Assembly (NCBI RefSeq): GCF_001194135.2
Contig: NC_068989.1
Location: forward strand, 64,418,833 to 64,482,832
Length of the DNA stretch: 64,000 bases
Direction: 5' to 3'
Source: Octopus bimaculoides
Lineage: Eukaryota
Below the pieces are notes generated by a model. That model ran no database searches. It was given only the letters and a program-made list of their open reading frames with translations, and was not told the origin of the DNA. Position 1 is the stretch's first letter. Every line of letters begins with the position of its first letter. A program made the position numbers and the translations under genes. Positions 51,034 to 62,882 of this stretch are shown piece by piece.

Positions 51034-52174
51034 ATACATATATATTCATATATAAGCATATATATGCATATCTATCTATCTATCTATCTATNNNNNNNNN
51101 NTCTGTCTATATAGTTATATATGTTCTTACGTTTACATTCGTAAAATGATTGCTTTTTCTCATACTATGTGTCTACGTGTACAGCACATACATACATACA
51201 TACATACATACATACATACATACATACATACATACATGCATGCATACATACCTGTATACATATACACTTATACACGCGCATCCTCCATACAAACTTTCAA
51301 AAATAGTTTTCAAGACTCCGTTGTATTTTGTGAGCAAGATTAACTAATGAAGTGTGATACGTTATAGAAAATTTCCAATAAAACATTTTCCAACATCAAT
51401 TCTGTTACCTTTATCATTCAGCAAACACTATAATTTATGAAAACAGAATCTTTTTAAATCGGTTTCATATGGACAGAGACCGTATCATACGTGGATTTAT
51501 TACACTTGGATAAATCAACTGAAATAGAAAAATTACCATTGTACCCAGCAAATTTTAAGAAAAATATAAACATAAACAAAAAAAATCCCAAAACAACATT
51601 GTTGATGTGGTTTTGCAGTATGATTATATTATGGGTTTTCTGTTACAATTTATGGTTTATACAATCAAATATCTCATATTCTAAGGTTCATTTTGAACCG
51701 AATTACTTTTGCTCGGAATATGTTACAAGTGAAATGCATAAATTCCTTTGATTAATTTCGAAAACTTCTACGATTCATTCGAAGCTTTCAATTTCTGTGA
51801 ATCATGGGTTTTATCTGTATTTTTAATAAGATAATCACAGATTATCATCATAAAAAAATTTTGTTTAATAAACAATTCAAAAGATAAACATCCTTCTTTT
51901 CTCTACTGACAGAAAAGAAAATAATAATTTCTTTTTCTGAAAATAAATCGCAAAAAAATAAACCCTAAAAAATACACTTCTCTCATCTTCTTACGTCTTT
52001 TTCATCTTTAATCTTCATATACTTTAGTTACATTTATATTTTTACATTTATATACACACTTGAATATTTGTAGATTAAAATACCGGTATGTATAACGTTT
52101 ATAATAAGTATACAAATGAGGAACGGTGCTGGTTGTAATATTTTCTCTAATGCTTTATTCAGAACGTCGGTAGA

Positions 52175-52220
52175 TCACTAGACACGAGGTTTCAATTTTA
52201 TTTGGTCTCCTCAGTGACGA
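52175..52220 (-). ncRNA. Type I hammerhead ribozyme motif, canonical core, decayed stems
   Basis: Minus strand TCGTCA-CTGAGGA-GACC/aaataa/AATT-GAAA-CCTCGTG-TC-TAGTGA; AATAAA ~16 nt downstream. Confidence 0.55.
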
Positions 52221-52483
52221 ATACTTCACACGTTCTGAGTCCAGCCAATAATGCTAGTTCTGACAAAGAATAGATAAAATTCGGGCTAGATATAATTCTT
52301 AGCTAGCTTCTACACAAATCAGTAAATGCTTTGTTTACCGATTTCTAAATCTGAACAAGAATTTTCGGCTTAGCTCAAAATACCTGGTGTATTCCTTATT
52401 AAATTGGCAAATACAACGAAAATTCTGAGCGAAGCTATATGCTTGTAACATACACATCTTTTTGAGAACTTTCTCTCAGATAC

Positions 52484-52546
52484 GGTATTACAGCTAATGC
52501 CGTTTCACGTTTGTATTCACATTATAAATATTATACACACCAGTAT
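52484..52546 (-). ncRNA. Degenerate hammerhead-like motif (3' half good)
   Basis: Minus strand GAAA-CGGC/atta/GCTG-TA with a 5-bp stem III; upstream CTGGTGT is a poor core and stem I is not convincing. Confidence 0.3.
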
Positions 52547-52983
52547 ATATANNNNNNNNNNNNNNNNNNNNNNNNNNNNNNNNNNNNNNNNNNNNNNNNN
52601 NNNNNNNNNNNNNNNNNNNNNNNNNNNNNNNNNNNNNNNNNNNNNNNNNNNNNNNNNNNNNNNNNNNNNNNNNNNNNNNNNNNNNNNNNNNNNNNNNNNN
52701 NNNNNNNNNNNNNNNNNNNNNNNNNNNNNNNNNNNNNNNNNNNNNNNNNNNNNNNNNNNNNNNNNNNNNNNNNNNNNNNNNNNNNNNNNNNNNNNNNNNN
52801 NNNNNNNNNNNNNNNNNNNNNNNNNNNNNNNNNNNNNNNNNNNNNNNNNNNNNNNNNNNNNNNNNNNNNNNNNNNNNNNNCATGCATATATGGGTACAGG
52901 ACGTCACCAACGGTGCAAATAACATTAAAAACTTAAACAAACGAAGGAAAAACGAGTAAAATACGTAAACAACGAGCAAAAAT

Positions 52984-54192
52984 GGGAAACTGGATAAGTT
53001 AACACAGAGAAAAGACCCTTCATCAGTTGTCGACTGTCTATCTACTCCTCATTTCGAGCATTCAACGACAATATAAGTTTTCAAAGACAGTTGCTCCCAT
53101 AAATTCTAAAATAAAATTTAGGATTTATGGAGGGTCAAAGTTCGGAACGAAAAAATGACAGTGGAGACATACAAAGAGACCGAACGAAAACAAACATGGA
53201 GAGTCGTTAAACCAGAACGAGTGGAAAATAACGAACTCTGTGAGAGAATTTTTTTACAGAGAAAAGATAGAAGGGAGAGAGAAAAATACGTCCGTTCATT
53301 TAAACGTCCATGCAGGAAAAGAAAGATGGTCACGTGAGGAAAAGAAAGATGGACGCTGGTTGGAGAGTGAGTGAGAAAAAGAAAAAGAGGGAGAGAGAGA
53401 CAGAGAGATCGAAAACGGTGAAGAAGGCAGAGGAGAAAAAGGAATTAGAGAAGGATGGCGGAAGAAAACAGTATAGAGTAGAGAGTGGCATAAAAAAGGT
53501 GAAGATAAACTTACTTGGAAATGGAAGCGTCGCTTTCAATTAAATCATAAATAATATAACACACACACACACACACACACACNNNNNNNNNNTTCAATTG
53601 AACGCGACGCATCCATTTCCAAGTAAGTTTATCTTCACCTTTTCGAAGCCACTCTCTACTCTATACTGTTTTCTTCCTCCATCCTTCTTTAATTCGCTTT
53701 TTCTCCCCTCCCCCCTTCACCGTTCTCTATCTCTTTCTGTCTCTCTATCGTTGTTCACACGTGACCAACGTCCATCTTTCTTTTCCTCGCGTGGCTATCT
53801 TTCTTTTCCTGCACGGACGTTTTAACGAACGGACATGTTTTTCTCTCTTCTACCGTTTCTCTTTTCAAAAAAAAAAAATGTTTCTNNNNNNNNNNTCTAC
53901 CGTTTCTCTTTTCAAAAAAAAAATATGTTTCTCCCAGCGTTCGCTATTTTACTCTCGTTCTGGTCTAACGACCCTCCATGTTTGTTTTCGTTCGGTCTCT
54001 TTGTATGTCTCCACTGTCATCTTTTTGTTCCGAACTTTGGCTCTCCATAAATCCTAAAATTTATTTCAGAATTTATGGGAGCAACTGTCTTTGAAAACTC
54101 ATATTGTCGTTGAATGCTCGAAATGAGGAGTAGATAGACAGCCGACAACTGATGAAGGGTCCTTTCTCTGTGTTAACTTGTCCTGTTTCCCA
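52984..54192. repeat. Large inverted repeat, ~550-600-bp arms around (CA)n and a 10-N gap
   Basis: 52984-53540 is the reverse complement of 53595-54192 at roughly 85% by eye; each arm carries GACAA-CTGATGA-AGGGTC near its outer end. Confidence 0.9.
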
Positions 54193-54424
54193 NNNNNNNN
54201 NNNNNNNNNNNNNNNNNNNNNNNNNNNNNNNNNNNNNNNNNNNNNNNNNNNNNNNNNNNNNNNNNNNNNNNNNNNNNNNNNNNNNNNNNNNNNNNNNNNN
54301 NNNNNNNNNNNNNNNNNNNNNNNNNNNNNNNNNNNNNNNNNNNNNNNNNNNNNNNNNNNNNNNNNNNNNNNNNNNNNNNNNNNNNNNNNNNNNNNNNNNN
54401 NNNNNNNNNNNNNNNNNNNNNNNN

Positions 54425-54459
<35 letters not shown>

Positions 54460-54611
54460 CTTTTCACCTTTTATATATGTATTGCGTTGTTGTTATTATT
54501 ATTTTAGCCCTAGGTCAGCCTCGACTAACAAAACATATGATTACAGATTAAGTCATGATACTCGAAGGCCAGATTAAGGGAGAGCAGCGGAGCTTCTATC
54601 CCCTAAATTTT

Positions 54612-54980
54612 AGGCGTGGCTGTGTGTTAAGAAGTTTGCTTCCCAATGACATGGTTCCGAGTTCGCACCCACTGCGTGACACTTTAGGCGAGTGCCTTCT
54701 ACTAAAGCCTCGGGCCGATCAAAGCCTTGTAAGTGGATTTGGTAGACAGAAACTGAAACAAACTTGTCGTGTGTGTGTGCGTGTGTATATATCTGTGTGT
54801 ATGTGTGTCTTTGTGTTTGCTTTCTCTCACCACCGCTTCACAAACATAACTTAACGGTTTGGCAAAAGTGATCGATAGAGTAAGTACCACGCTTAAAATT
54901 AAGTCGATTAGCACGACTAAAATTCCACAAGTCGGTGCCCTTGCAAGGCCGCAGCCTAATGACATGCAAATAAAAGAGTA
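54612..54980 (+). mobile_element. SINE family A with internal deletion
   Basis: Head, CORE-like segment and tail present; ~30 bp missing from the 3' domain. Confidence 0.85.
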
Positions 54981-55400
54981 TAAATGTTGAAACACTCATA
55001 AGTGTTTTACTTACACATTAAACTACAATAAAACAAAATAATATTTTCTAGATTTAGTATATGTTGCTGATTCAGGAAAACGTCTTATTTTACGCAGAAG
55101 TTCATGAAATTGCTCTGTCATTTTTACGTACGGCACTCTTTAGGTCACTTTTACCACTATTCTCTTTTGAAAACGAACGTTCTTCATCACAGTTAGTAAC
55201 CACCAGTGATCAATAGATGCACAAGGCATTTTTGACATTTGGCAGACGAGTAAATAAGACTCCTATCAATTTTCAGTTATAAAATTCAGTTATATGATGA
55301 AAGTGCAACGTTACAAAGTCTTGGCTGACGCCAGTATGAGAACCAATACCACTTTTAAACAGGTCTGTAAATTGCACGAAGCCTTCACCGAGTGAAGGTG

Positions 55401-55720
55401 GGTGGTTTAATGGTTAGGGTATTCGGCTTACGATTGTCAGGTTATGAGTCCGATTCACAGTGGTGCGTTATGTCCTTAAGCAAGTCACTTTATTTTACGC
55501 TGCTCCAGTTCATTCAGCTGGCAAAAAGGAATTGCACCTGTATTTCAAATGACCGGCCTTGTCTGTCACATTCTGTGTGTCACGCTGAATCTCCCTGAGA
55601 ACTATGTTAAGGGTACGCGTGCCTGTGGAGTGCTCAGCCACTTGCACGTTAATTGCACGAGCAGGCTGTATGTTGATCGGATCAACCGGAACCCTGGTCA
55701 TCGTAACTGACGGGGTACCA
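55401..55720 (+). mobile_element. SINE family C (tRNA-like head, CORE-like domain)
   Basis: GGTGGTTTAATGGTTAGGG A-box-like, TGTCCTTAAGCAAGTCACTTTA..CTCCAGTTCATTCAGCTG CORE-like; related fragments at 36615-36685 and 37128-37235. Confidence 0.7.
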
Positions 55721-55871
55721 GTCATTTCTTCACCGAGACTATCTTCCTGATCTCCCAGATATGCTTTGAAAGAAGTTGATGATCTCTCTAAATTTCTTTG
55801 TGAGCAGAGGACCGAAACTAATGAAGGAATCCGAAGAAACTGTTCACATTTTAACAGAGTTGAAAGCAAAA

Positions 55872-56291
55872 TATCCTTTTCTACTCTAGGCACAAGGCCC
55901 AGCATTTTTGGGGAGGGGCCAGCTGATTAGATCGACTCCAGTACGCAACTGGTACTTAGTTTATCGACCCCGAAAGGATGAAAGGCAAAGTCGACCTCGG
56001 CGAAATTTGACCTCAGAACGTAAGACAGACGAAATACCACTATGCATTTCGCCTAGCGTGCTAACGTTTCTTATTTCTTTATTGCCCACAGGGGGCTAAA
56101 CCTAGAGGGGACAAACAAGGGATTAAGTCGATTACATCAACCCCAGTACGTAACTGGTACTTAATTTATCGACCTCAAAAGGATGAAAGGCAAAGTCAAC
56201 CTCGGCGGAATTTGAACTCAGAACGTAACGGCAGACGAAATACCGATAAGCATTTCGCCCGGCGCGATAATGTTTCTGCCAGCTCGCCGCC
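55872..56291 (-). mobile_element. Dimeric SINE family B
   Basis: Monomer 1 (56291-56066, tail ..GGGCAATAAAGAAATAAGAAAC) fused through AGAAAC to monomer 2 (tail ..GGCCTTGTGCCTAGAGTAGAAAAGGATAT). Confidence 0.9.
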
Positions 56292-57413
56292 TTACGAAAG
56301 CAAACTATCAGGTAAGAAATGATAAGCTTTTAAACTTACATATATGAAGGCGTTATCGCTACTTCGTTTATGTTCTCATCGAGTTAATTGCTGATTATCT
56401 TCACAATTAGTCTGATCTTAGGCGTTTTGTTTAATNNNNNNNNNNNNNNNNNNNNNNNNNNNNNNNNNNNNNNNNNNNNNNNNNNNNNNNNNNNNNNNNN
56501 NNNNNNNNNNNNNNNNNNNNNNNNNNNNNNNNNNNNNNNNNNNNNNNNNNNNNNNNNNNNNNNNNNNNNNNNNNNNNNNNNNNNNNNNNNNNNNNNNNNN
56601 NNNNNNNNNNNNNNNNNNNNNNNNNNNNNNNNNNNNNNNNNNNNNNNNNNNNNNNNNNNNNNNNNNNNNNNNNNNNNNNNNNNNNNNNNNNNNNNNNNNN
56701 NNNNNNNNNNNNNNNNNNNNNNNNNNNNNNNNNNNNNNNNNNNNNNNNNNNNNNNNNNNNNNNNNNNNNNNNNNNNNNNNNNNNNNNNNNNNNNNNNNNN
56801 NNNNNNNNNNNNNNNNNNNNNNNNNNNNNNNNNNNNNNNNNNNNNNNNNNNNNNNNNNNNNNNNNNNNNNNNNNNNNNNNNNNNNACTACTACTACTACT
56901 ACTACTACAGCCGCCGCTGTCGCCGCCGCCTCTGCAGCCACCACCACAACCATCAGATATTACAAAGAAAGGAGATTCCTCAATAGAGTGAAGTAGGAGG
57001 AAATGTGCACGGATTCAAAGAAAACTAATAATCCCGGACAGTATTCAGCAACTCGTTTTCTCAACTAAATATCGTGAAAATGAAGCAGACTTGTAACTAA
57101 TTGCCATACTCACTTAGCTCTTCTGTGATTTATTTGAAATCTTTGTTTCATTATTCATGTTTGAATTTCATAATATCATTACGACACTTCCTTGCTTTTT
57201 AACTTCTTTCGTTCATATCGGGATTCCCGGTCTCGCAAACATTTCGTCTTTTATTTTCACTTTCTTCCCTCTGATCTCTGTTTCTGTCTTCGACAGCTGC
57301 TGTGAGTGTTCCTTTCCTGATTTTCTTTGGTGCATGTACATAGAAAAAACTACTTGCCCAACAAATGTTGGCTATGTCCTTGTCGGTTGTTTAAAGTTTT
57401 ACTTGTCTAAAAT

Positions 57414-57488
57414 TTTACCTGATGATGATGGATTCTATGTTATGGACGACTATATTAAATAAAATTCTACCGAAACAGCTGCCGTAAA
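57414..57488 (+). ncRNA. Type I hammerhead ribozyme motif with long loop II
   Basis: TTTAC-CTGATGA-T-GATGGATT...AATTCTACC-GAAA-CAGCTG-CC-GTAAA: stem I 5 bp, palindromic stem III; U16.1 is C in this copy. Confidence 0.6.
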
Positions 57489-58099
57489 TTTTAAAAGCCA
57501 TTGGTGTTTACAATTTCATACATAGAAAACCGATAGTTTTTCTGGATTCTGAATTGTTTAATGATGGTTATTAATCTTAACAGAGAATTGTAAGCTTAAA
57601 TTATGTCTTCGCTCTGCTATGGCGGGGATATCTTCTAGTTTTTAATTGTTTCAGTCATTGGACTGCAGCTATGCTGCGACACCACCTTGGAGTGTTTAGT
57701 CGACGGTCTCTTTTTGCCGAACCGCTATGTTACAGCAATCTATTGTGTATAAAACATGGTTTTAATTGCCACCGAGACTAGAACCAAAGATTCGATTCCT
57801 TGGTAGTGCTATCTTTTGTAATTTTTTTTCTTCATCTGCTATATCGATTCTATTACTCTAACATTGTTTGAAAAACTAGTTTTGGCGAAACTCTGAAGTC
57901 ACTTTCACTTTTCCAAAAAAGAAAACCTAAATATTTAACTTTAAATCACGCATTGAATTTCTTTTTAATTCAATCTATGTTCGCTGTTGATATATAAAGT
58001 AAAAAACATTATGTTAGTAATATACATCCATACATATATATATGTATATAAACGTATACATTTACATATATGCATATACGTACATATATATATATATAT

Positions 58100-58136
<37 letters not shown>

Positions 58137-58345
58137 AATGCGTATGTATACATACATATGTATATATGTATATATATATGTATGTACACATATACATATG
58201 CATATGCAATGTGTATGTGTGTAAATATGTATCTATGTATCTATGTCTTTCTCCCTCTCTTTCTCCTTCTTTCTGTCCTTCCATCTATCTCTATATACAC
58301 ACACACACACACACACCTACACACACACAAATACACAGATACACA

Positions 58346-58393
<48 letters not shown>

Positions 58394-59266
58394 NNNNNNN
58401 NNNNNNNNNNNNNNNNNNNNNNNNNNNNNNNNNNNNNNNNNNNNNNNNNNNNNNNNNNNNNNNNNNNNNNNNNNNNNNNNNNNNNNNNNNNNNNNNNNNN
58501 NNNNNNNNNNNNNNNNNNNNNNNNNNNNNNNNNNNNNNNNNNNNNNNNNNNNNNNNNNNNNNNNNNNNNNNNNNNNNNNNNNNNNNNNNNNNNNNNNNNN
58601 NNNNNNNNNNNNNNNNNNNNNNNNNNNNNNNNNNNNNNNNNNNNNNNNNNNNNNNNNNNNNNNNNNNNNNNNNNNNNNNNNNNNNNNNNNNNNNNNNNNN
58701 NNNNNNNNNNNNNNNNNNNNNNNNNNNNNNNNNNNNNNNNNNNNNNNNNNNNNNNNNNNNNNNNNNNNNNNNNNNNNNNNNNNNNNNNNNNNNNNNNNNN
58801 NNNNNNNNNNNNNNNNNNNNNNNNNNNNNNNNNNNNNNNNNNNNNNNNNNNNNNNNNNNNNNNNNNNNNNNNNNNNNNNNNNNNNNNNNNNNNNNNNNNN
58901 NNNNNNNNNNNNNNNNNNNNNNNNNNNNNNNNNNNNNNNNNNNNNNNNNNNNNNNNNNNNNNNNNNNNNNNNNNNNNNNNNNNNNNNNNNNNNNNNNNNN
59001 NNNNNNNNNNNNNNNNNNNNNNNNNNNNNNNNNNNNNNNNNNNNNNNNNNNNNNNNNNNNNNNNNNNNNNNNNNNNNNNNNNNNNNNNNNNNNNNNNNNN
59101 NNNNNNNNNNNNNNNNNNNNNNNNNNNNNNNNNNNNNNNNNNNNNNNNNNNNNNNNNNNNNNNNNNNNNNNNNNNNNNNNNNNNNNNNNNNNNNNNNNNN
59201 NNNNNNNNNNNNNNNNNNNNNNNNNNNNNNNNNNNNNNNNNNNNNNNNNNNNNNNNNNNNNNNNNN

Positions 59267-59304
<38 letters not shown>

Positions 59305-59309
<5 letters not shown>

Positions 59310-59835
59310 TTTATCAGTTTCTTTTGCCAAACGTCTATGTTACGGGAGGTAAACAAACCGATACCGGTTGTCAAGAGGCGATAGGAGACAAACGCGCACA
59401 CAAAGACACACGCATAAGTGTGAATATGTATATATGACGGACTTCTTTCAGTTTCCATCTACCATATCCACTCACAAGGTTTTGGTCGGCCCGGATTTAT
59501 AGAAGGTGCTACGCAGTGGGACTGAACCTAGAAGCATGTGTTAGGGCGGTGAGCTGGCAGATGCGTTAGCATGCCGGGCGAAATGCTTAGCGGTATTTCG
59601 TCTGCCGTTACGTTCTGAGTTCAAATTCCGCCGAGATCGACTTTACCTTTTATACTTTCAGGGTCGATAAATTAAGTACCAGTTATGCACTGGGGTCGAT
59701 GTAATTGACATAATCCCTTTGTCTGTCCTTGTTTTTCCCCTCTATGTCTAGTCCCTTGTGAGCAATAAAGAAATAAGAAACATATGTTAGGGAAGAACAA
59801 ACTTTTTATCACAGAGCCAAGCCTGCATGCGCATA
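59305..59835 (-). mobile_element. SINE family A interrupted by a SINE B insertion
   Basis: Family A sequence runs to 59544 and resumes at 59791. Confidence 0.85.
59545..59780 (+). mobile_element. SINE family B monomer 1 with 10-bp TSD
   Basis: CATGTGTTAG (59535-44) / CATATGTTAG (59781-90); tail ..GAGCAATAAAGAAATAAGAAA. Confidence 0.9.
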
Positions 59836-61313
59836 TTTATTAATTTACTTATTATTCATTTATTAATTTAATTTAACTTAGCGGGGTAGCTTTTATATGA
59901 AACTTTTAACCCTGAATTTCATTGAATACTATTTTTGATGTCTTTGTTCATTACAAATATATTTTTTTCCTCCTTAATGTTAGCTGAATTGTCAAAACAT
60001 CATCAGAATAATCTGCTCATATTGCATAAATCTAATACTTTCATTGGTTCATGTTCGGTTTGGGTTTGCGTTGCCAGTTGCACATTTAACCAACAATCAG
60101 GATAGTAACGGCGTTATAAGAAAAAGAGCAAGCGATGTTAATAGCTCCTCGCAAAACGGAGAATGATGTCTACGTTAAGAACTTGTGCTTAATGATAAAC
60201 CTGACAACTGAAAAAGGGGAGAAAAAAATCATCTGCTTCGAGAAGAGAAAATTGTATAACAACTATATTTTACCATAACATTAACCAAACATCCACAAAA
60301 ATATATGGCATAAATTTTATTATTTACTTCAAGCTATTGAAAACAGGCTAACGTTCAAATTTGGTATATTCTATATATTTTCCTCCTATCAATATTGTTT
60401 AACTTTCGATAGTAACCGGGATAAAAATGATTGATTGAAAGGATGTTAAACATTAACACTGTCACCGCCAACAATAGTTCAGAATAGTTTTCAAGAGAAA
60501 ATCTCTGTATATATNNNNNNNNNNNNNNNNNNNNNNNNNNNNNNNNNNNNNNNNNNNNNNNNNNNNNNNNNNNNNNNNNNNNNNNNNNNNNNNNNNNNNN
60601 NNNNNNNNNNNNNNNNNNNNNNNNNNNNNNNNNNNNNNNNNNNNNNNNNNNNNNNNNNNNNNNNNNNNNNNNNNNNNNNNNNNNNNNNNNNNNNNNNNNN
60701 NNNNNNNNNNNNNNNNNNNNNNNNNNNNNNNNNNNNNNNNNNNNNNNNNNNNNNNNNNNNNNNNNNNNNNNNNNNNNNNNNNNNNNNNNNNNNNNNNNNN
60801 NNNNNNNNNNNNNNNNNNNNNNNNNNNNNNNNNNNNNNNNNNNNNNNNNNNNNNNNNNNNNNNNNNNNNNNNNNNNNNNNNNNNNNNNNNNNNNNNNNNN
60901 NNNNNNNNNNNNNNNNNNNNNNNNNNNNNNNNNNNNNNNNNNNNNNNNNNNNNNNNNNNNATATATATATATATATATATATATGAGTGTGTGTATGTAT
61001 GTATGTATGTGTATATTTATGTATGTATACTGTTGCACTTGAGGCATCCATAATAACTGCAAATACGCTTTTCGCACTCAAATGGATTGAAATTTATAAT
61101 GGAATATAGTTAACATTAAACTACAGAAAAAATACTTCCATACTTCCAATTTTATATTCAAATATTAACATGTTGAAGTATATTTTGCATTGGATAATCT
61201 GGGAGCTTCATGATTTAAGTGGTCATATATCGAAAAGTTTCATAGAATAGATGTGACTACGGCTACGTCTCAGCGTTTCGTAGCTGGGAATAGATAGATA
61301 GATAGACAGAGAA

Positions 61314-61354
<41 letters not shown>

Positions 61355-61428
61355 AAAAGAGGGTGAAAAGAGTGGAGAAAGTGGTCGCTGAGGGATAAGT
61401 CAATAGATAGATAGATAGATAGATAGAT

Positions 61429-61466
<38 letters not shown>

Positions 61467-61921
61467 ANNNNNNNNNNTAGACAGACAGATAAATAGAGAA
61501 AGGAGTGAAATAGGATTATTTAAATTTTGTGTGAAGGTGAGCTGTAGAATTGAGTTGATTGATAGTATTTTTGTTATAGCGTGTTCCTTTCACTCATACA
61601 TACCTACATACGTACAGGCATACATACATACATACATACATACATACATACGTACATACATATATACATACATTCATGCATACATACATACATACATACA
61701 TACATACATTCATGCATACATACATACATACATACATACATACATACATACATACATGCGTAGCTCAGCAATGCACAAGTGCACACCTGTATAGCTGGCA
61801 TACACATTCAGCATTTATCACCATCTATGAATACTTATGCAACTGAACGCATTTATGACCCACTTATTTTCTATATATTGCAAGATGGAGTCAACTACTG
61901 CTATGTCTAGCAGACGAGCAT

Positions 61922-61970
61922 CCATCACCGAGGATGGTCATAATAAGGTCGAAACCCTTCGGTCTGATGG
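61922..61970 (+). ncRNA. Type I hammerhead ribozyme motif, best-formed stems, C at core position 4
   Basis: CCATCA-CCGAGGA-T-GGTC/ataataa/GGTC-GAAA-CC/cttc/GG-TC-TGATGG: stem I 6/6 Watson-Crick, stem II 4 bp with two GU pairs, stem III 3 bp, GUC site (cleavage after 61964). Confidence 0.7.
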
Positions 61971-62882
61971 TCTCGAAAGCTGGAATAGTAGGAAGTTCTC
62001 TTCCCGCTTGCAATATATATCGTGCGAAGGGCATTATTAACCAGCTGGAGAAGGTGTCCTCCTGGGGTTAATATATCAGTATCGTTTGTTCTTAGAGTAC
62101 ACCCGTGTTCAGATGCGATAAACATTACTTCTCCGTATAGATACTGCTTTCGTCTGCTATAGAGTTTTTTGTTAACGAGCTAATTTGCTTATATGTATAA
62201 ATGTATGTATGTGTGTGTGTATGTATGTATACATATATATATATATACATATAGACAGCAGAAGCTCAGTTTTCGAACAACTCTGATCACGAATAATTCG
62301 TGCTTTATATATATATATANNNNNNNNNNNNNNNNNNNNNNNNNNNNNNNNNNNNNNNNNNNNNNNNNNNNNNNNNNNNNNNNNNNNNNNNNNNNNNNNN
62401 NNNNNNNNNNNNNNNNNNNNNNNNNNNNNNNNNNNNNNNNNNNNNNNNNNNNNNNNNNNNNNNNNNNNNNNNNNNNNNNNNNNNNNNNNNNNNNNNNNNN
62501 NNNNNNNNNNNNNNNNNNNNNNNNNNNNNNNNNNNNNNNNNNNNNNNNNNNNNNNNNNNNNNNNNNNNNNNNNNNNNNNNNNNNNNNNNNNNNNNNNNNN
62601 NNNNNNNNNNNNNNNNNNNNNNNNNNNNNNNNNNNNNNNNNNNNNNNNNNNNNNNNNNNNNNNNNNNNNNNNNNNNNNNNNNNNNNNNNNNNNNNNNNNN
62701 NNNNNNNNNNNNNNNNNNNNNNNNNNNNNNNNNNNNNNNNNNNNNNNNNNNNNNNNNNNNNNNNNNNNNNNNNNNNNNNNNNNNNNNNNNNNNNNNNNNN
62801 NNNNNNNNNNNNNNNNNNNNNNNNNNNNNNNNNNNNNNNNNNNNNNNNNNNNNNNNNNNNNNNNNNNNNNNNNNNNNNNNNN

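Noticed and set aside
53848-53930. Duplicated TCTACCGTTTCTCTTTTC(A)n..GTTTCT
   Set aside because: Flanks a 10-N gap; assembly overlap.
55510-55905. 131-aa minus-strand ORF
   Set aside because: Starts in a SINE B tail and ends in antisense SINE C; no recognised motif in the middle.
57085-57150. Strong minus-strand donor AA|GTGAGTA at ~57110
   Set aside because: No matching acceptor or meaningful reading frame upstream.
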